Source: Octopus sinensis (taxonomy: Eukaryota). Taken from it: 64,000 nucleotides of DNA. The translations under genes were made by a program, and so were the position numbers. The notes beneath the pieces are model-generated. The model was not told the DNA's origin. It searched no databases and worked only from the letters and a program-made list of their open reading frames with translations. The number at the start of each line of letters is the position of its first letter. Position 1 is the first letter of the stretch. The DNA lies in NCBI RefSeq assembly GCF_006345805.1, contig NC_043006.1, forward strand, positions 103,416,001-103,480,000, given 5' to 3'. Below, in pieces: positions 11,170-24,410 of this stretch.

Positions 11170-13170
11170 TATCTGTAGGTTTGTTTACCATATATTTATC
11201 ATTCGTTTGATCTTGCCTCCACCTTATATAACAGAATTTACTGATAGTAAATATTAGTAATTAATCAATGTTACACCTAGGTCCTTCTTTTCCATTCTAC
11301 GCTCTTTACTCCTGCATTTGTTGATAAGTAACTGATATTTACATCCTTCTGTACTGATGCGATATCCCTTTATAATTCTATACTGCTATGCCCATGTTTC
11401 TAGAGAATCCTCTCGCCTTCGCGATTATATATTACAGCTAAAGTTACTTGTAATCCCTGCAGATGGATAAAAATACTATGGTCTTTGTGATTAAGGTGGT
11501 TCATTATCTCAGCGAACAAACTGACTTCTAGATTTCTTCATATGTTTTCAACTATTCACCAATTCATGTACCCTGTAAGTTAATTTTTGATAGACGTTTG
11601 AATCTTTATTCTTTTCATGTCAATTCCAGTTTTACATATTCGGTATGCTCTGGTCTTGATATCGGATTGTTATTTCTTTTCCCGATTTTTCATGTGGCCA
11701 TTCTCAGCTTTGGCACATCATCGTTAGAAAGTCCCCATTTCTCCTGCTATTGGCACTCTATTGGTTCCTATGTCTTATCCAGTTTCTTTCGAACTCAAGC
11801 TAGTAACAGAATATAATTTCTCTATTACACAACGGACGGCAAATGTATAACCACAGATGTATAACCATACCGCCACCCGAATGAACTAAAGTTAGGTGAA
11901 AATGAAGTGCATTCTTCAAACACAACAGATCGTCCGATAGGGGAATCGAAATCACAAGAAATGATGTTGAGCTAAATAGCGCTAGCCTCTCGGCTATGCG
12001 CCTTCTAAGAGTTCCTTTCTGCATTGTCTCTATCTAGTTCGTAAAATCTTTTGGGGATCAAAATCGAGGTATTTTTTTAGAATGTAGAATTACATTACAG
12101 TACCTTTAGGATTTTATGCAAATCTGTTGTATTAATCATTCTTTGGTATCGGTTGTTCATTGTGTGTGTGTGTTAATTGATATGTTTGTCTACGTGGTTT
12201 CTTGATGTCATTCCCTACTTGTATATGGTTTCTTTTATTGATGTTGATATCATTAAGGACGGCAAGATTTTTTATTATATCTTCTTCGTATCCCTGTATG
12301 CTTGTTCTCCCTTTTGTTTACTCGGACTCAGAGATATCTTCTATAAGACAGATTTGGAAGCAATGCCTCCTTTCTTTTTTCCTTTGTCACTGCTACTACT
12401 ACAGCATAGATTATTTGATTTCTCCCTGTAATATTGAAATTGGCAACTGTTTGCCGAGATCTATAATGGTCAGCTTTACCTTTCCATATTGCTGTGGCTA
12501 TTATAAAATTAAATTTTCCTGGCTACATGGGAAGTTGATTTTCTATCGATTTTAATTCTATAACTATTTCCACTTTTAGATTTATTTTTCATATTCAATA
12601 TTTCTAGCCTTAGATGCGTCTGCTCTGAGATAATTCTCATCTTCACTTGCATTCATATGTTTACTTTGGAGAAGTTCTGTTTATACTCGTGATTTACCTT
12701 CACACTGTTTATAGATTCTATGCTAATATTTAACTCTATATTTTCTTTTACTATTTTCTTCTTCATCTGTTCTATTTTAATGCCTGGTGTCTTTCTTTGG
12801 TTTTAAGTATGTAATCTTCTTAAGTTATCTAGCCTGTCGGGATCCAAAGTTAATTTTAGAACACGTTGTGCAACTTAGTATTTACTCTGATAAACTCGTG
12901 ATCGTAACGATATGTGATCGATTCCTGGAGAAGGTAGTACCTCGAGTCCTTGAAAACAGTGGCAGTATTTCATTTCACCTTCGCGGATAATTTGAACCAG
13001 CCGAGTACTGGTGCAGCTATCTCTCTTTCCACTTTTCCATTGGTCCATGTTCCACTGTATCAAGTGTGTGAAAATACGAACAAGTGTTTCTGTCAGTTCG
13101 CAACTACGAAAGCCTCATACATATCGTCAATCATAATTGTTTGCGAGTGACGGCAATGCATTCGTAGTTC
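11170..13170 (-). mobile_element. Heavily decayed CR1/L2-like LINE ORF2 remnant
   Basis: Minus-strand KDLGV motif (~11275-11290), a YLDF-like motif (~12060-12075) and a DH motif near 12900; T-rich plus strand; many stops. Confidence 0.5.
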
Positions 13171-13224
13171 CATTTTTTAAAGTTGGTTGTGACATGATAT
13201 ATATCATACATGTGTATATGTATG

Positions 13225-13276
<52 letters not shown>

Positions 13277-13970
13277 GGGCCTATGGAAGATTGGCTTGAT
13301 TTAATTTAATCAGGTTAGTTTACCATTAAACAGTAGATGAAACGGTGCATCGTATAAGAAATTACAGGGTAAATGTTTTTTAATTTTCTCCTGGTTTGCG
13401 GAATTAATGTTATTTTGCGGTTGAAGCTTTGGCTGTTATTTCTAGTGGGTGAATGGCCTATTATGGCCGTTCCTTGATTGTTGATGTTGAACTTATAAAT
13501 GGTCTATGACTATTTAATTTTTTCCCACTAGGCCGCTGGTGGCAGAAAAATTCTACAAAATTTTTTGCCACCCTATATTGATTAATTATGAATGTTCTGG
13601 TTGATTCCGTAATGGAATCGGCGGCGTATATTTATTTGCTGCCGATAAATTTGGCGCGAGTGCGATGATTTGAAAATTTTAGGTCAGATATTGCCGAGGC
13701 AGGGACAGAAATGCCTCGTGAAAATATCTGTTCCGATCTGGCTATTTGTTACTGACGATTCTAAGGGCCTATGGAAGATTGGCTTGATTTAATTTAATCA
13801 GGTTAGTTTACCATTAAACAGTAGATGAAACGGTGCATCGTATAAGAAATTACAGGGTAAATGTTTTTTTAATTTTCTCCTGGTTTGCGGAATTAATGTT
13901 ATTTTGCGGTTGAAGCTTTGGCTGTTATTTCTAGTGGGTGAATGGCCTATTATGGCCGTTCCTTGATTGT

Positions 13971-13975
<5 letters not shown>
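13277..13975. repeat. ~210-bp direct repeats (13277-13486, 13765-13975) around a 278-bp spacer; Penelope-like partial tandem
   Basis: The two repeats are essentially identical, period 488 bp; (TA)n on both sides. Confidence 0.8.
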
Positions 13976-14038
<63 letters not shown>

Positions 14039-14156
14039 TATATATATATATACATATATATATACATATATATACATATATATACATATGTGTATATATA
14101 TAGATATACATATATATATATACGTATATATATATATATGTATACATATGTATATA

Positions 14157-14221
<65 letters not shown>

Positions 14222-14248
14222 CATACATGCATACATACATACATATAT

Positions 14249-14300
<52 letters not shown>
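13976..14300. repeat. (TA)n/(TACA)n microsatellite
   Basis: Direct inspection. Confidence 0.95.
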
Positions 14301-14303
<3 letters not shown>

Positions 14304-15534
14304 CACACCAGTGTGTCCGTCGTTTTGCCGATATGAAGGTCCGCACACATTTTTTCATTACATTTTAGTCACCGAATCCAATGCCTCTCTCGAGTTAAAT
14401 AATTTAGTTTCCATTTGCATTCTTCGTTCATCTTTATCTTAGGTGGAATCTATGAGATGTTGGCCTTGCTTGCGTGTCATTAGTGCATTTAAATATGATG
14501 GCCAGTGGGAGAATAATGCAAATATTTGCAATAAGACACTTACATTATGCAAAGAGCCGCGTAGCTACATTATCGGTGTATGGATAAGACGTTCACTTCT
14601 AAACCTCGTAGTTACCGGTCAGATGTTACCATGTTGCAGTTTGAGTATATATTTCTTAACTCAACAGCCTGTCGCATAATGTTTTGTCAATGATATTTTT
14701 TAGAATACCAACTCTGTAGAATACTGCTGGAGCTTTCCTAGGCTTAGGTGTTCGACTTTATTAAATGTCCGGCTTGGCCCAATGGTCTTTGAGTGCTTTT
14801 GTCGGTGGACTTTACTCAAGGGCAGCAGTCGGACCACGTTTCTGCTTTAAGAGTAACATTATCTCTTTCTCCGACGAATCTCTGAGTTACAGATACATCA
14901 AAAGTGTATGAGACCTGCTTTAAGCTATATTTAGAAGTAAGGTATTTTTGTAATTAATCAATCGACGTTAATGACGTAATGAAGCGAACAGAAGTGTAGA
15001 GAGGAAATAGTGTTGCTTCCAGTAAGCTGATGTTGCAAATGTATCGTTACTATCTCCTCCTCCTACTCCTCCTATTCCGGACTGCTCGATGTAAAAACTA
15101 TTGACTTTCGGTCATTTTCCAATTCTTTTTAATGATGATTAGAAATTTTGCAATTGGATAATAAATTTGATCTCCGTCGGTTTGAGATGAACATCACCTC
15201 CTCATTGAATTAGCGTATAAATTGTTGAATATTCCACAGCCACATGTACTCTAAATAAAATTCTCAGGCAGTGACAAGGCTATATTTTTGAATTTCAGGA
15301 GCAATTCATATTTCAGGATTCTGCACAATTTTTATTTACGTAATTTCATTCAAAACGCTCGAGTCCACCCAAGGAAACAGCAAAATACATTTTCTTCGAT
15401 ATGCTATGCAGTGAAATCGAACCTGCGACTTCGTGATAGCTAAGCATACTTCTTAACTATTCGGTTTTTGGTGCGTTCACACCTGTATGTATGTATGTTT
15501 GTGCGTATTTGTGTGTCTTCACGATTGTGTTTTC

Positions 15535-15569
<35 letters not shown>

Positions 15570-16018
15570 GTAGACTTTCTTTTCAGTTGTATAATATTTG
15601 TGGAATTATCAATAACTTATAACTAGATTTGCCACTGTACTTAAATTCACTGTGAATTCTTTAAAGTACATTACTAAGGTCAGTTAGAATATTGGCATAA
15701 TAAAACTACATTTAGGGCAGCTAAAAATACGCGACCGCTTCGGTGTCCGACCATTTTTTAAGTGCTTGTTATTGGAAACATGTTTATACTCTAGAAATAG
15801 ATGAACTATTGAGCTGGAAACGACTTAAAATATTTCAGTGTTTCTTACATATAATGATTCTTTGTGTGTACTGTTGAAGCCTCACGTTGGCATATAGCCA
15901 CGTAATTTTCTACGAGGGTACAGTCGATAATATATATTTTAGCAAAAGACTGATACTTTCTTTTATTTATCCCTAAAGGACAAAGAATAAAGAAGATACA
16001 GTCGCTATTGGAAAAGAG

Positions 16019-16457
16019 GGATCTTTTCGGTTTGAACGGCAGTTTTTTCTAGCGGTGTCATATGAAATTGTCACCCATAATTATGACCCTAGTATCGATC
16101 TATTGCATTTCAATCTGTTTTAGGGTTAGGGTTAGTTAGGGTTAGGGTTAGGGTTAGGGGTGGAGGAAGGGTATCTTTTCTTCTTCACAAATGTAAATAA
16201 ACCCAATCTGTTTCTTAAACGAGAGACATATTCATACGGCACAGAATGTTTTTTTCCCTCAATAGACGTCAGTGATTGGTTGAAATTGCAGAAATTGAAG
16301 AAAAAAGACAACAAATATCTTACAATGTATAGAATTCTCTCAATAAAGCCAAGAGAAAAAGATGTTTTATATACACATTCTACCAGTATACGAAGTTTAA
16401 AATTTTTTAGTTACCTAGAAATTATGTTAAAAACTGCCGTTCAAACCGAAAAGATCC
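16019..16457. mobile_element. MITE, copy 2 (with internal (TTAGGG)n)
   Basis: Same TIRs as copy 1; flanks GAAAAGAG/GAAAAGGG; expanded TTAGGG run at ~16120-16158. Confidence 0.9.
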
Positions 16458-16779
16458 GAAAAGGGTACTGTACGTAACTAAATGGTATTTTTCTTGGCGC
16501 TCCAATACAATTGTTTCTAGGAATTATGCTGAAGTTGTTGCTGTGTTGTGTTGTATAATATGTTGATGTGATGCAAACATGTTTTTTACCGGTTGTACTC
16601 TGCAGAGGAACTCCAACCATCAATGATCAATCTGTTACAGACTTGTAATTCCAACACGTTCAGCGACATAGATCAACCTCGACGTCCCACCACATCCTTG
16701 ATATTACCTCCCAGCAGTCATTTTGGTCGCCTTGCCACTGGTCTAAGTATTTACAGACGAGAGAATGAGATAGGACGTC

Positions 16780-17045
16780 GAGCGCAAACCACCCTTACTA
16801 CAATCCAAGTTCAGTTTAAGCAAGGACACGAAACAACCGACATTTCGCAGCGGCAGTCGAGTTACCGCACGCCTGCAACATCAAGAAATATCCTCACTGA
16901 TGGACTTTTATCGCACGAAATGTGTAAAATAAGAGAACTGCTCAGTATTTCCCTTCCGCCTCAAGCAGTGCAGAAACGGTGGTGTCTGGATCATCTACGC
17001 AACCGAAGGACGAAGAAAGTATTGTCATGTTTTACAGATTTCTTA
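16780..17045 (+). pseudogene. Possible decayed Tc1-like transposase fragment
   Basis: KRWCLDHL..KKVLSCFTDF loosely resembles the Tc1 R..W...HL.W....VLFSDE segment; weak match. Confidence 0.2.
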
Positions 17046-17609
17046 CTGTAGTATAAGCCACGCAGTAGGTTGGAGATGTGTTACCGTGAGAACATATGCA
17101 TTGCTTATTGTTTCTAGGGAAGTGTTTCATCAACTGAATTGATACTAGAATAAGTTGGAAGTTGCTTAATCCTACAAGAAGGGAATGGGAAGATTTGACT
17201 CAGAAGGTATTAGAAAAAAAAAAAAACTTAACGTACTTGAATATTACTTGCAGTCCAAAGTGGTAACGGGGCAAAATAGTTGGCGCGCCAGATAAAATTC
17301 TTAGCGGCATTTCGTCCGTCTTTACGTTCTGATTCTAAATTCCATTGAGGTCAACTTTACTTTTCATCCGTTCGGTGTCAATAAAATGAGTAATAGTTGA
17401 GAACTGTGATCGATATAACCGACAATACTCAATACCCCACCCCACAAAATTTCAGGCCTTCTGCCTATAGTAGAAAGGGTTATTTCATCCAGTCCACCGC
17501 TGTAATTTGGGCACATCAATAATTTTGTACAAACCCATCATTTTTATTGGTATACTAAACAAACTATTAAATGAAACTACCCTGTTGATAGCTATTAATA
17601 TATTAGTTC

Positions 17610-17880
17610 CGAGTGACTCCGGCAGGGGATGGTGGTGATCCCTGCTGTACTCTTTCACCACAACTTTCTCTCACTCTTACTTCCTGTTTTCTGTTGTACC
17701 TGTATTTCAAAGGGCCGGCCTTGTCACTCTCTGTGTCACACTGAATATCCCCGAGAACTACGTTAAGGGTACACGTGTCTGTGGAGTGCTCAGCCACTTA
17801 CACGTTAATTTCACGAACAGGCTGTTCCGTTGATTCGGATCAACCGGAACCCTCGTAGTCGTAACCGACGGAGTGCTTCC
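17610..17880 (+). mobile_element. SINE body/tail fragment lacking the tRNA head
   Basis: Largely matches the reverse complement of 55725-55920. Confidence 0.85.
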
Positions 17881-18149
17881 AAAAGGTTCCGAGTGGACTA
17901 TTGTCAATAATGATCTTGGTCGGATTTGAATTCATGAATTCAAATCTTTAAGGCGATACCGTCTACGATTTTTGTCAATGTATCACTTGTAGTTTTAATA
18001 GTAAATATGTTATATGCTAGGCACTGATATATATATATATATATAGGTAAACAGTAAAAATAATTACAGACATGGACAAGAACATGAAACACCACAGAGA
18101 CGACACAAGAACCACAGGACGGGACATTCGAAGCCCTCAGTCATCAGTC

Positions 18150-18190
<41 letters not shown>

Positions 18191-19002
18191 TGGTATAATT
18201 TAGCGTCGCAGTCTGTTACATTGTGACGTCTTTTATGTGTTTATCAAGAGCAGTATATTGCAAACATATACTGCAATATACTGCAAACACGTTAGAGCGT
18301 CGGTGCAAAATGCAATAAATGATGTGGCTGTTTAAGTCTTGAGTTAACACCAGGAGGTCAACTTTTACTTTCAATCTCCTCCAGATCAATTTTGTTTTTC
18401 ATCCTTCCCGGCGTCGATAAAATAAGTGCTAATCAAGCACTGCGGTCGATATAACCGCCTCCTCTAAAATTCCTGGCCTTGTGCCTTTGTTAAAAAGATA
18501 ATGTAATAATATATTAATGCTTCAAATTGATGTCAGTTTATATCTCAAGGTTAAAATATATTGTGATAAAGTAATTATTGATTTCTTCTTTTGGCACATC
18601 ACACTATAATATGAAAATGGTATAGTTCATAGAATCGACCTCGGTATATTTAATGGAATATAGTGTTGTGAGGTTTAGTATAATATATTGTCTTTTAGTA
18701 TCACGTAATGCAATGCTGTCTTGTGTACAGTACTGTAATATAGAGATTGTGTAAGATAGCATAGAATATTGTTGCATTGAATAGTATAATAGAATGAAAT
18801 GGCATGTAGTATAGTACAGTGCAAGTTTAATGTGGTAAAGTTTGTCGCAGCCTCCTATAGTATTTCATTATCATCGCCATTTTACGTTCACTTTTTCATG
18901 CTTGTCTGGGTTTATTAAATAACTATAGCAACATGTTAAACTGTACTGTAGTGCAGAAAAATACTGCGGTGTAAGTATTTTTTATTTATTTATGCGCCCT
19001 TT

Positions 19003-19300
19003 TCAAGCCTAGCCAGGCTCATGGGCCCGGTTTCCCTGTTTCTGAGGCGTATGCGTTCCCCCCACCCAGCTGGATGGGACGCCAGTCCATCGCAGCGTTA
19101 CCCAAGAAACAGTAAGAAAGAGTGAGAGCAAGTTGGGGCGAAAGAGCACAACAGGGGTAACCACCACTCCCTACCGGAGCCTCGTGGAGCTTTAGGCGTT
19201 TTCGTTCAATAAACACACACAACTCCCGGTCTGGGAATCGAAACCGCGATCCTCCGATCTCGAGTCCGTTGCCCTAACCACTTGGCCATTGCGCCTCCAC
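19003..19300 (-). mobile_element. tRNA-derived SINE
   Basis: Head GGAGGCGCAATGGCCAAGTGGTTAGGGCAACGGACTCGAG..GGTTTCGATTCCC, shared with 30596-30775 and 55850-56017. Confidence 0.9.
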
Positions 19301-20520
19301 TGCGGTGTAAGTATAATGCCGTATAATTGTGGTGCATGCTAGCGCATCATTATTATAATACAGTGCAGTAGAGCTTAATATAGTTTTGTATAGCATGGGG
19401 TATTATAGCGTTGTGTGTTATAGAGCAGTACTCCGCAAGTGGTATGAATATTGGTGCGTGACTTTTAGTTCAGCATTTGAACCTACGGCTCGGGATTACA
19501 ACGTTGATCGTGTTTTAGATAATGCAGTAAAATGTTCTACAGATTAATGTAGCCTAGCATATTATACTGCGGCATGTATAAAGAAATGCAGGAGTATACG
19601 GTATAATCGACGCGATTACATTGCATTTTGATGCAGGAAACTAATCAACAGTGCAAATTCCGTTCGATAAAATGGAAATAGGTTTTATAATGTGACCATA
19701 AAAATTGATATCAATCTGTTTTCAGTAGCTTGTCCTGTAGCATTCTGTTGACTCATCTCACCACGACATTTTCCTGTGCTAAGGTTATTCGTTCTCAGAT
19801 CTGTTAGCGATCAGGTTGTCTGAAATATACCTTAGAAAAAAAAACATCAGTTCTTGTTCCGCATCATTTAAATAACCAAGCGACAATTAATTTAGTCCTT
19901 GAAGCCCCATTCTAGAAGTTCGTTTTCCAGTTTAAACAACGTTTTGTCGAATCTATAAATAGCATTATCCTCATTCAAACATCGTCGCATAATAGCAGTA
20001 AGGGCCAGTCCTTATACATGAAGGCCAGAGAAAATAAGTTTTTAAGAAAATATTCATCTTCTCCTTTGGTTACTTTCGAGGAAATTCAAGTACAGTTTAA
20101 AATCGACATTAAGAACAATATCATATCTTTCTCCTATAACTGTTGAGCTGTCTCTCAGATTCTATTTTGTCTAGACCATGCTCTAACAAACCGTTTGTGA
20201 TTCAAGGTTAATTCATACCAAATGATCATCTTCAATCTTTGCAGGAATTTGTTCCTGCTTGAGTAGTTGTTCACATCGGGTCATGATACGAAGGGGCAGT
20301 TTCAAAATGGAGTGTGCAGGTCGTCAACTTCTAAAAGCGTTGCCGTAATGCCATTAGCAGCTTGAAGCTATAGTAAATGCAATATACTACATTTGACGAA
20401 CTCCCACGAATGCCATTCCAGTACCAGAAAGTGCCTTATTGAAACAATCTTTCTTTGCCAATTTTTATGTTTTTCAAGATCCTGTGACATGTCATTCATC
20501 AAATTTTATTCATAGAGGCG

Positions 20521-21110
20521 AAGGTGTGGCAGTGTGGTCAGAAGCTTGTTTCCAATCACATGGTTTCGGGTTCAGTCCTACTGCATGGGACCTAGTTTGT
20601 CTACCGAATTAATTTATGTAGTATTTCTTGATTCAACATTTAATCGATGCCATATTCTATACCTGAACGCAACGAGACAGGTTACAAAATATTATGTAAC
20701 TTCAGGAAAAAAATTCCACGCATGCCATATCATTCTATATACTGATATTGAATAGAAGGTTTTTAATTCTAAAATCATGGCTCCAGGTTCAGTACCACTG
20801 CATGGCATCTTGGGTAAGTGTCTTCTACTATGTCCCCGTGACTGGATTTGGTACACGGAAACTGAAAGAAGCCCGTTGTGCATATATGTGTATGTGTGTG
20901 TGTTTGTTTTCCATCTCTACTTGAGAAGCGGTATTGGCGTATTTACGCTCCTGTGACCAAGCGGTTCGGCAAAAAATGCTGATGCAATAAGTACTTAGCT
21001 TAAAAAAATAAGTATAAATCTTGGGGTTGATTCGTTCGACTAAAACCCTTCAAGGTGGTGATGCAGCATCGCCGCGGTCAAACAACCGAAGCAAGTAAAA
21101 CAAAAATAAA
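20521..21110 (+). mobile_element. Degenerate, rearranged SINE (family with TTGGGCAAGTGTCTT core)
   Basis: Head at 20521-20590, second partial head and body from 20774; homologous to 41592-42100. Confidence 0.7.
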
Positions 21111-23588
21111 ATACAGAATACAGTCCTAAAACTTAAACATCATAGTTTGTCTGCTGAATTTATATATGTATCATTTCCTCATCCAGCATTTAACCGATGC
21201 CATATTCCATAGCTGAATTCAACGAGACAACTTAATTGATATTTACTGTAAGTTCCGGGAAGAAATTCCACGTATACAATATCATTCTATATTCTGATAT
21301 ACTATCTTTGTACTGATATTGAATAGGAGAAGGTTTTTAATTCCCAAAACAGAATAATAGCAAACGCTTTTGTCCCTACTCGACAAGCAAGTGTTTTCTT
21401 GTTTTTTGTAGCAACATTTTCCAATAACCCTTGACTGGGCGCGCAGTGAAACCACCAGAGGAAAAGTAAACTCCAAATCTGTACTGCTTTATGGTGGACA
21501 CTTCTGGGTGAAGGTTCTCTGACATGAAATTGAACCAGTTTTCTATGAACATTTTCACTTATATCTTTTATGCACAACAGATTTGAAGGTAAGTTGTATT
21601 CATATTCAACACATATTCGTATATTCCGCTAATTGTCCTATAAAAGTGGAGAGAACCTTGTAAAGTGGTTTTGTTCATTTAGAACTGGTTTTAAAATAAG
21701 GACAACTGTCATTAAGGAACCATTTCTTCCGTTTTCTATAGATATTATGCATATAAGAAAATTAATGACAGACAATGGTTTTCTATTCATAACTTTATTT
21801 CTTATGCAAATACTGAACCATTACAACGATGTAAATAATGTAAATGATTTAGCCTCATTTTCTCAGACTGACAACTAGCAGAATCGTTAGCAAATCGGTC
21901 AAAATGCTGAGTGACATTTCTGACTTCAAATTCCACCATAGTTAACGTTACCTTTCAGGGTCGATAAATTAAGTACCCGTGAAACACTGGGGTCAATGTA
22001 ACCGATTAGTCCCCTCCCATCAAATTTCAGGCTTTTTGCTTTTAGCAGGAAGGATTATGTTCCTTTTTTTTTAATTAATTTTTATTGCACTATTTGCGCG
22101 AAAGTAATGCCGAAAAATGCGATGTTGTTCTTCATATTGGGCTATAAGCAATAAGCGGTATTTACAGTAAATTGTATTTCAATTAAATTAATAGATAAAA
22201 AAAAAACAATTAGCATTTCTTTGTGTTAGTTGTAGATCATTTTTAAGACCAATTAATCTATATCTAGAAACTTGCTTCTTGAACGTGTATTCGTGCATCT
22301 TCGGTAATATGTCTCAGCCCTATGTGTGTCTGATGCGTGAACATAATTATCACTTCAACAATTATTATTGATACATTGTGTTTCTCTATGGCCTGTTGAT
22401 AGAATATGAATATTTGCTGCTTTCACTTGTATTGTCAGCCATTTCTGCTGTATTGTGGTGGTGCGCCTATTATGCCCTTCAATGCTCCTCACGTGGTATA
22501 TTGCAATTGTAAATTTGCAGTTTATGAGTGCGTTGGTTTTATACACACTGAAGAGGTTAGGGAAAGCCTTCTCTAGAAAAGTATATATTTACATAATAGT
22601 GGCATGCGGAATGTGCATCCTTTTTCTCTTGATGCTAAGGGTTCTTTCCTGAAATGTTTTGGAGTGCATTTTTACATATCAGATACACTTTACATCAACC
22701 TCAGAAGTATTATGAGGAAGAAATAAACGTCTTGCTTCCACTAGATTTATTCATGGATATAATAAAAGTTGCTAGCAATTCACTTGTATTGCTTTCTACT
22801 AAGAAAAGAGCCCTCTACCTACAAGATGTATTCTCATCGTGTGTCAGAAAGACGTTTAACATCTAATTGTAATTTAATTATGTTTCTAACGCTGTTAGCG
22901 ATGGGTAGCGTATTGCACAAGCATGAAGGATGGTTTAAACTTTCTGCGTGCATACTTAGGGATATTCAAGGATATTGTGAGATCATATAAGTGCAATTAT
23001 ATCGCTTCCATGGAATTCGTCCTTCGTTCACATTGGATTTATACTTAAGGAAATGAGAAAACGAATCTTTACACGCAGTTGCCTTGAAATTCTTTGATGA
23101 TTGGAATATCAAAAGACATTTAGGAATATCATATTACAGGTTACACCCCCCCCACACACACAAACACGCATACACACACACATTCTCTATCTTTTTCTCC
23201 CCTCTCACTTTCATGCTCTCCCTTTCTCTCTCTCTCTCTCTCTCACACACACATAGACGCACATACACACACGCACGCACAAGCACACACACATGTATAA
23301 CCTGGAAAAAGAGATTTTCTTAAATAAAGATTAGTAATCACATAAAAGAAAACGCAATCTTTAAAAACAAGCAGGTTAACACAGTTTTGATGGAACGTGA
23401 TGTTATGTAAGCAGTTTTCCATTTCTTCTTATGATGTTAAACGAAATGTTCTTCACTGATTGACCTTTCCTGAGGAAACACACCCAGCAATACTTATAAT
23501 ATAACTCATGTTGCTGTACAACATTCGCATATGCTGATTATATTTTTTTGTTAATGTTAACGTATAACTGGGAGTTTAAATTATACCT

Positions 23589-23806
23589 ATTTCTTTACTG
23601 CCCACAAGAGGCTAAACACAGAGAGGACAAACATGGGCAGACAAACGGATTAAGTCGATTATATCGACCACAGTGCGTAACAGGTACTTATCTAATAGAC
23701 CCCGAAAGGATGAAAGTCAAAGTCGACCTCGGCGGAATTTGAACTCAGGACGTAACGGCTACGCATTTCGCCCGGCGTGCTAACGTTTCTGCAAGCTCGC
23801 CGCCTC
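23589..23806 (-). mobile_element. SINE (GGCGGCGAGCTGGCAGAAACGTTAG family) with 21-bp TSD
   Basis: Full-length copy; flanks CTGGGAGTTTAAA[T/G]TATACCT at 23568-23588 and 23807-23827. Confidence 0.92.
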
Positions 23807-24147
23807 CTGGGAGTTTAAAGTATACCTGATATAGCGTACACACACACGTGCACCAGACACAAACACATACACACACACACATGCATGCACGCAGGCACAT
23901 ATATAGGGAAAATGCCAAAATCATGTGTGGATATGTATATGTTCCCCTGCATGCGTGTGGATAATATATGGTATATTAATTTACATATTTCATGTATAGA
24001 TGTATATATATTTCGTTTTGGGATTTGGTTTGCAAGATTCTTTATGTGAGTTCGTGTATTGAAGCATATTCTGTTGTATATAGGGAGAGTCATTTTCTTT
24101 TTGAGCCTTAAAATTTTCACCGATAAAATTTTCACCGATAAAATTTT

Positions 24148-24275
24148 CACTTATTTCTTGTTTTTATTTTCTTAAAATTTTCATTGCTTCTTGCAACTTT
24201 TTCAATAGTCTTGGATATTGAAAATGTTGCAAGACGCAACAAAAATTTTAGGAAAATAAAAATAAGAAATAAGTG
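24148..24275. repeat. Imperfect inverted repeat (~60-bp arms, 8-nt loop)
   Basis: CACTTATTTCTT...TTTCAATA / TATTGAAA...AAGAAATAAGTG. Confidence 0.8.
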
Positions 24276-24410
24276 GATTATAAGGCACAAAAAGAAAATG
24301 ACTGTCCCCAGACACAGCAGAATATGTATATATATAATAAAATATTAGGGAATAAATCCAAACTTACAGGGAAAAATCAGATTTAGGATTGAATCCAATT
24401 TTATAGTAGA

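Noticed and set aside
16120-16158. (TTAGGG)n as a telomere or chromosome-fusion scar
   Set aside because: It is internal to the MITE, and a shorter version is present in the other copy.
16160-16477. 105-aa ORF MEEGYLFFF...
   Set aside because: It lies inside a non-coding MITE; the other copy has indels in the same stretch.
19740-20500. Possible LINE and mariner remnants
   Set aside because: Motif matches are too short and degenerate to support by eye.
21376-21558. Minus-strand 60-aa ORF
   Set aside because: A stop codon lies immediately upstream and there is no acceptor; splice signals favour the plus strand.
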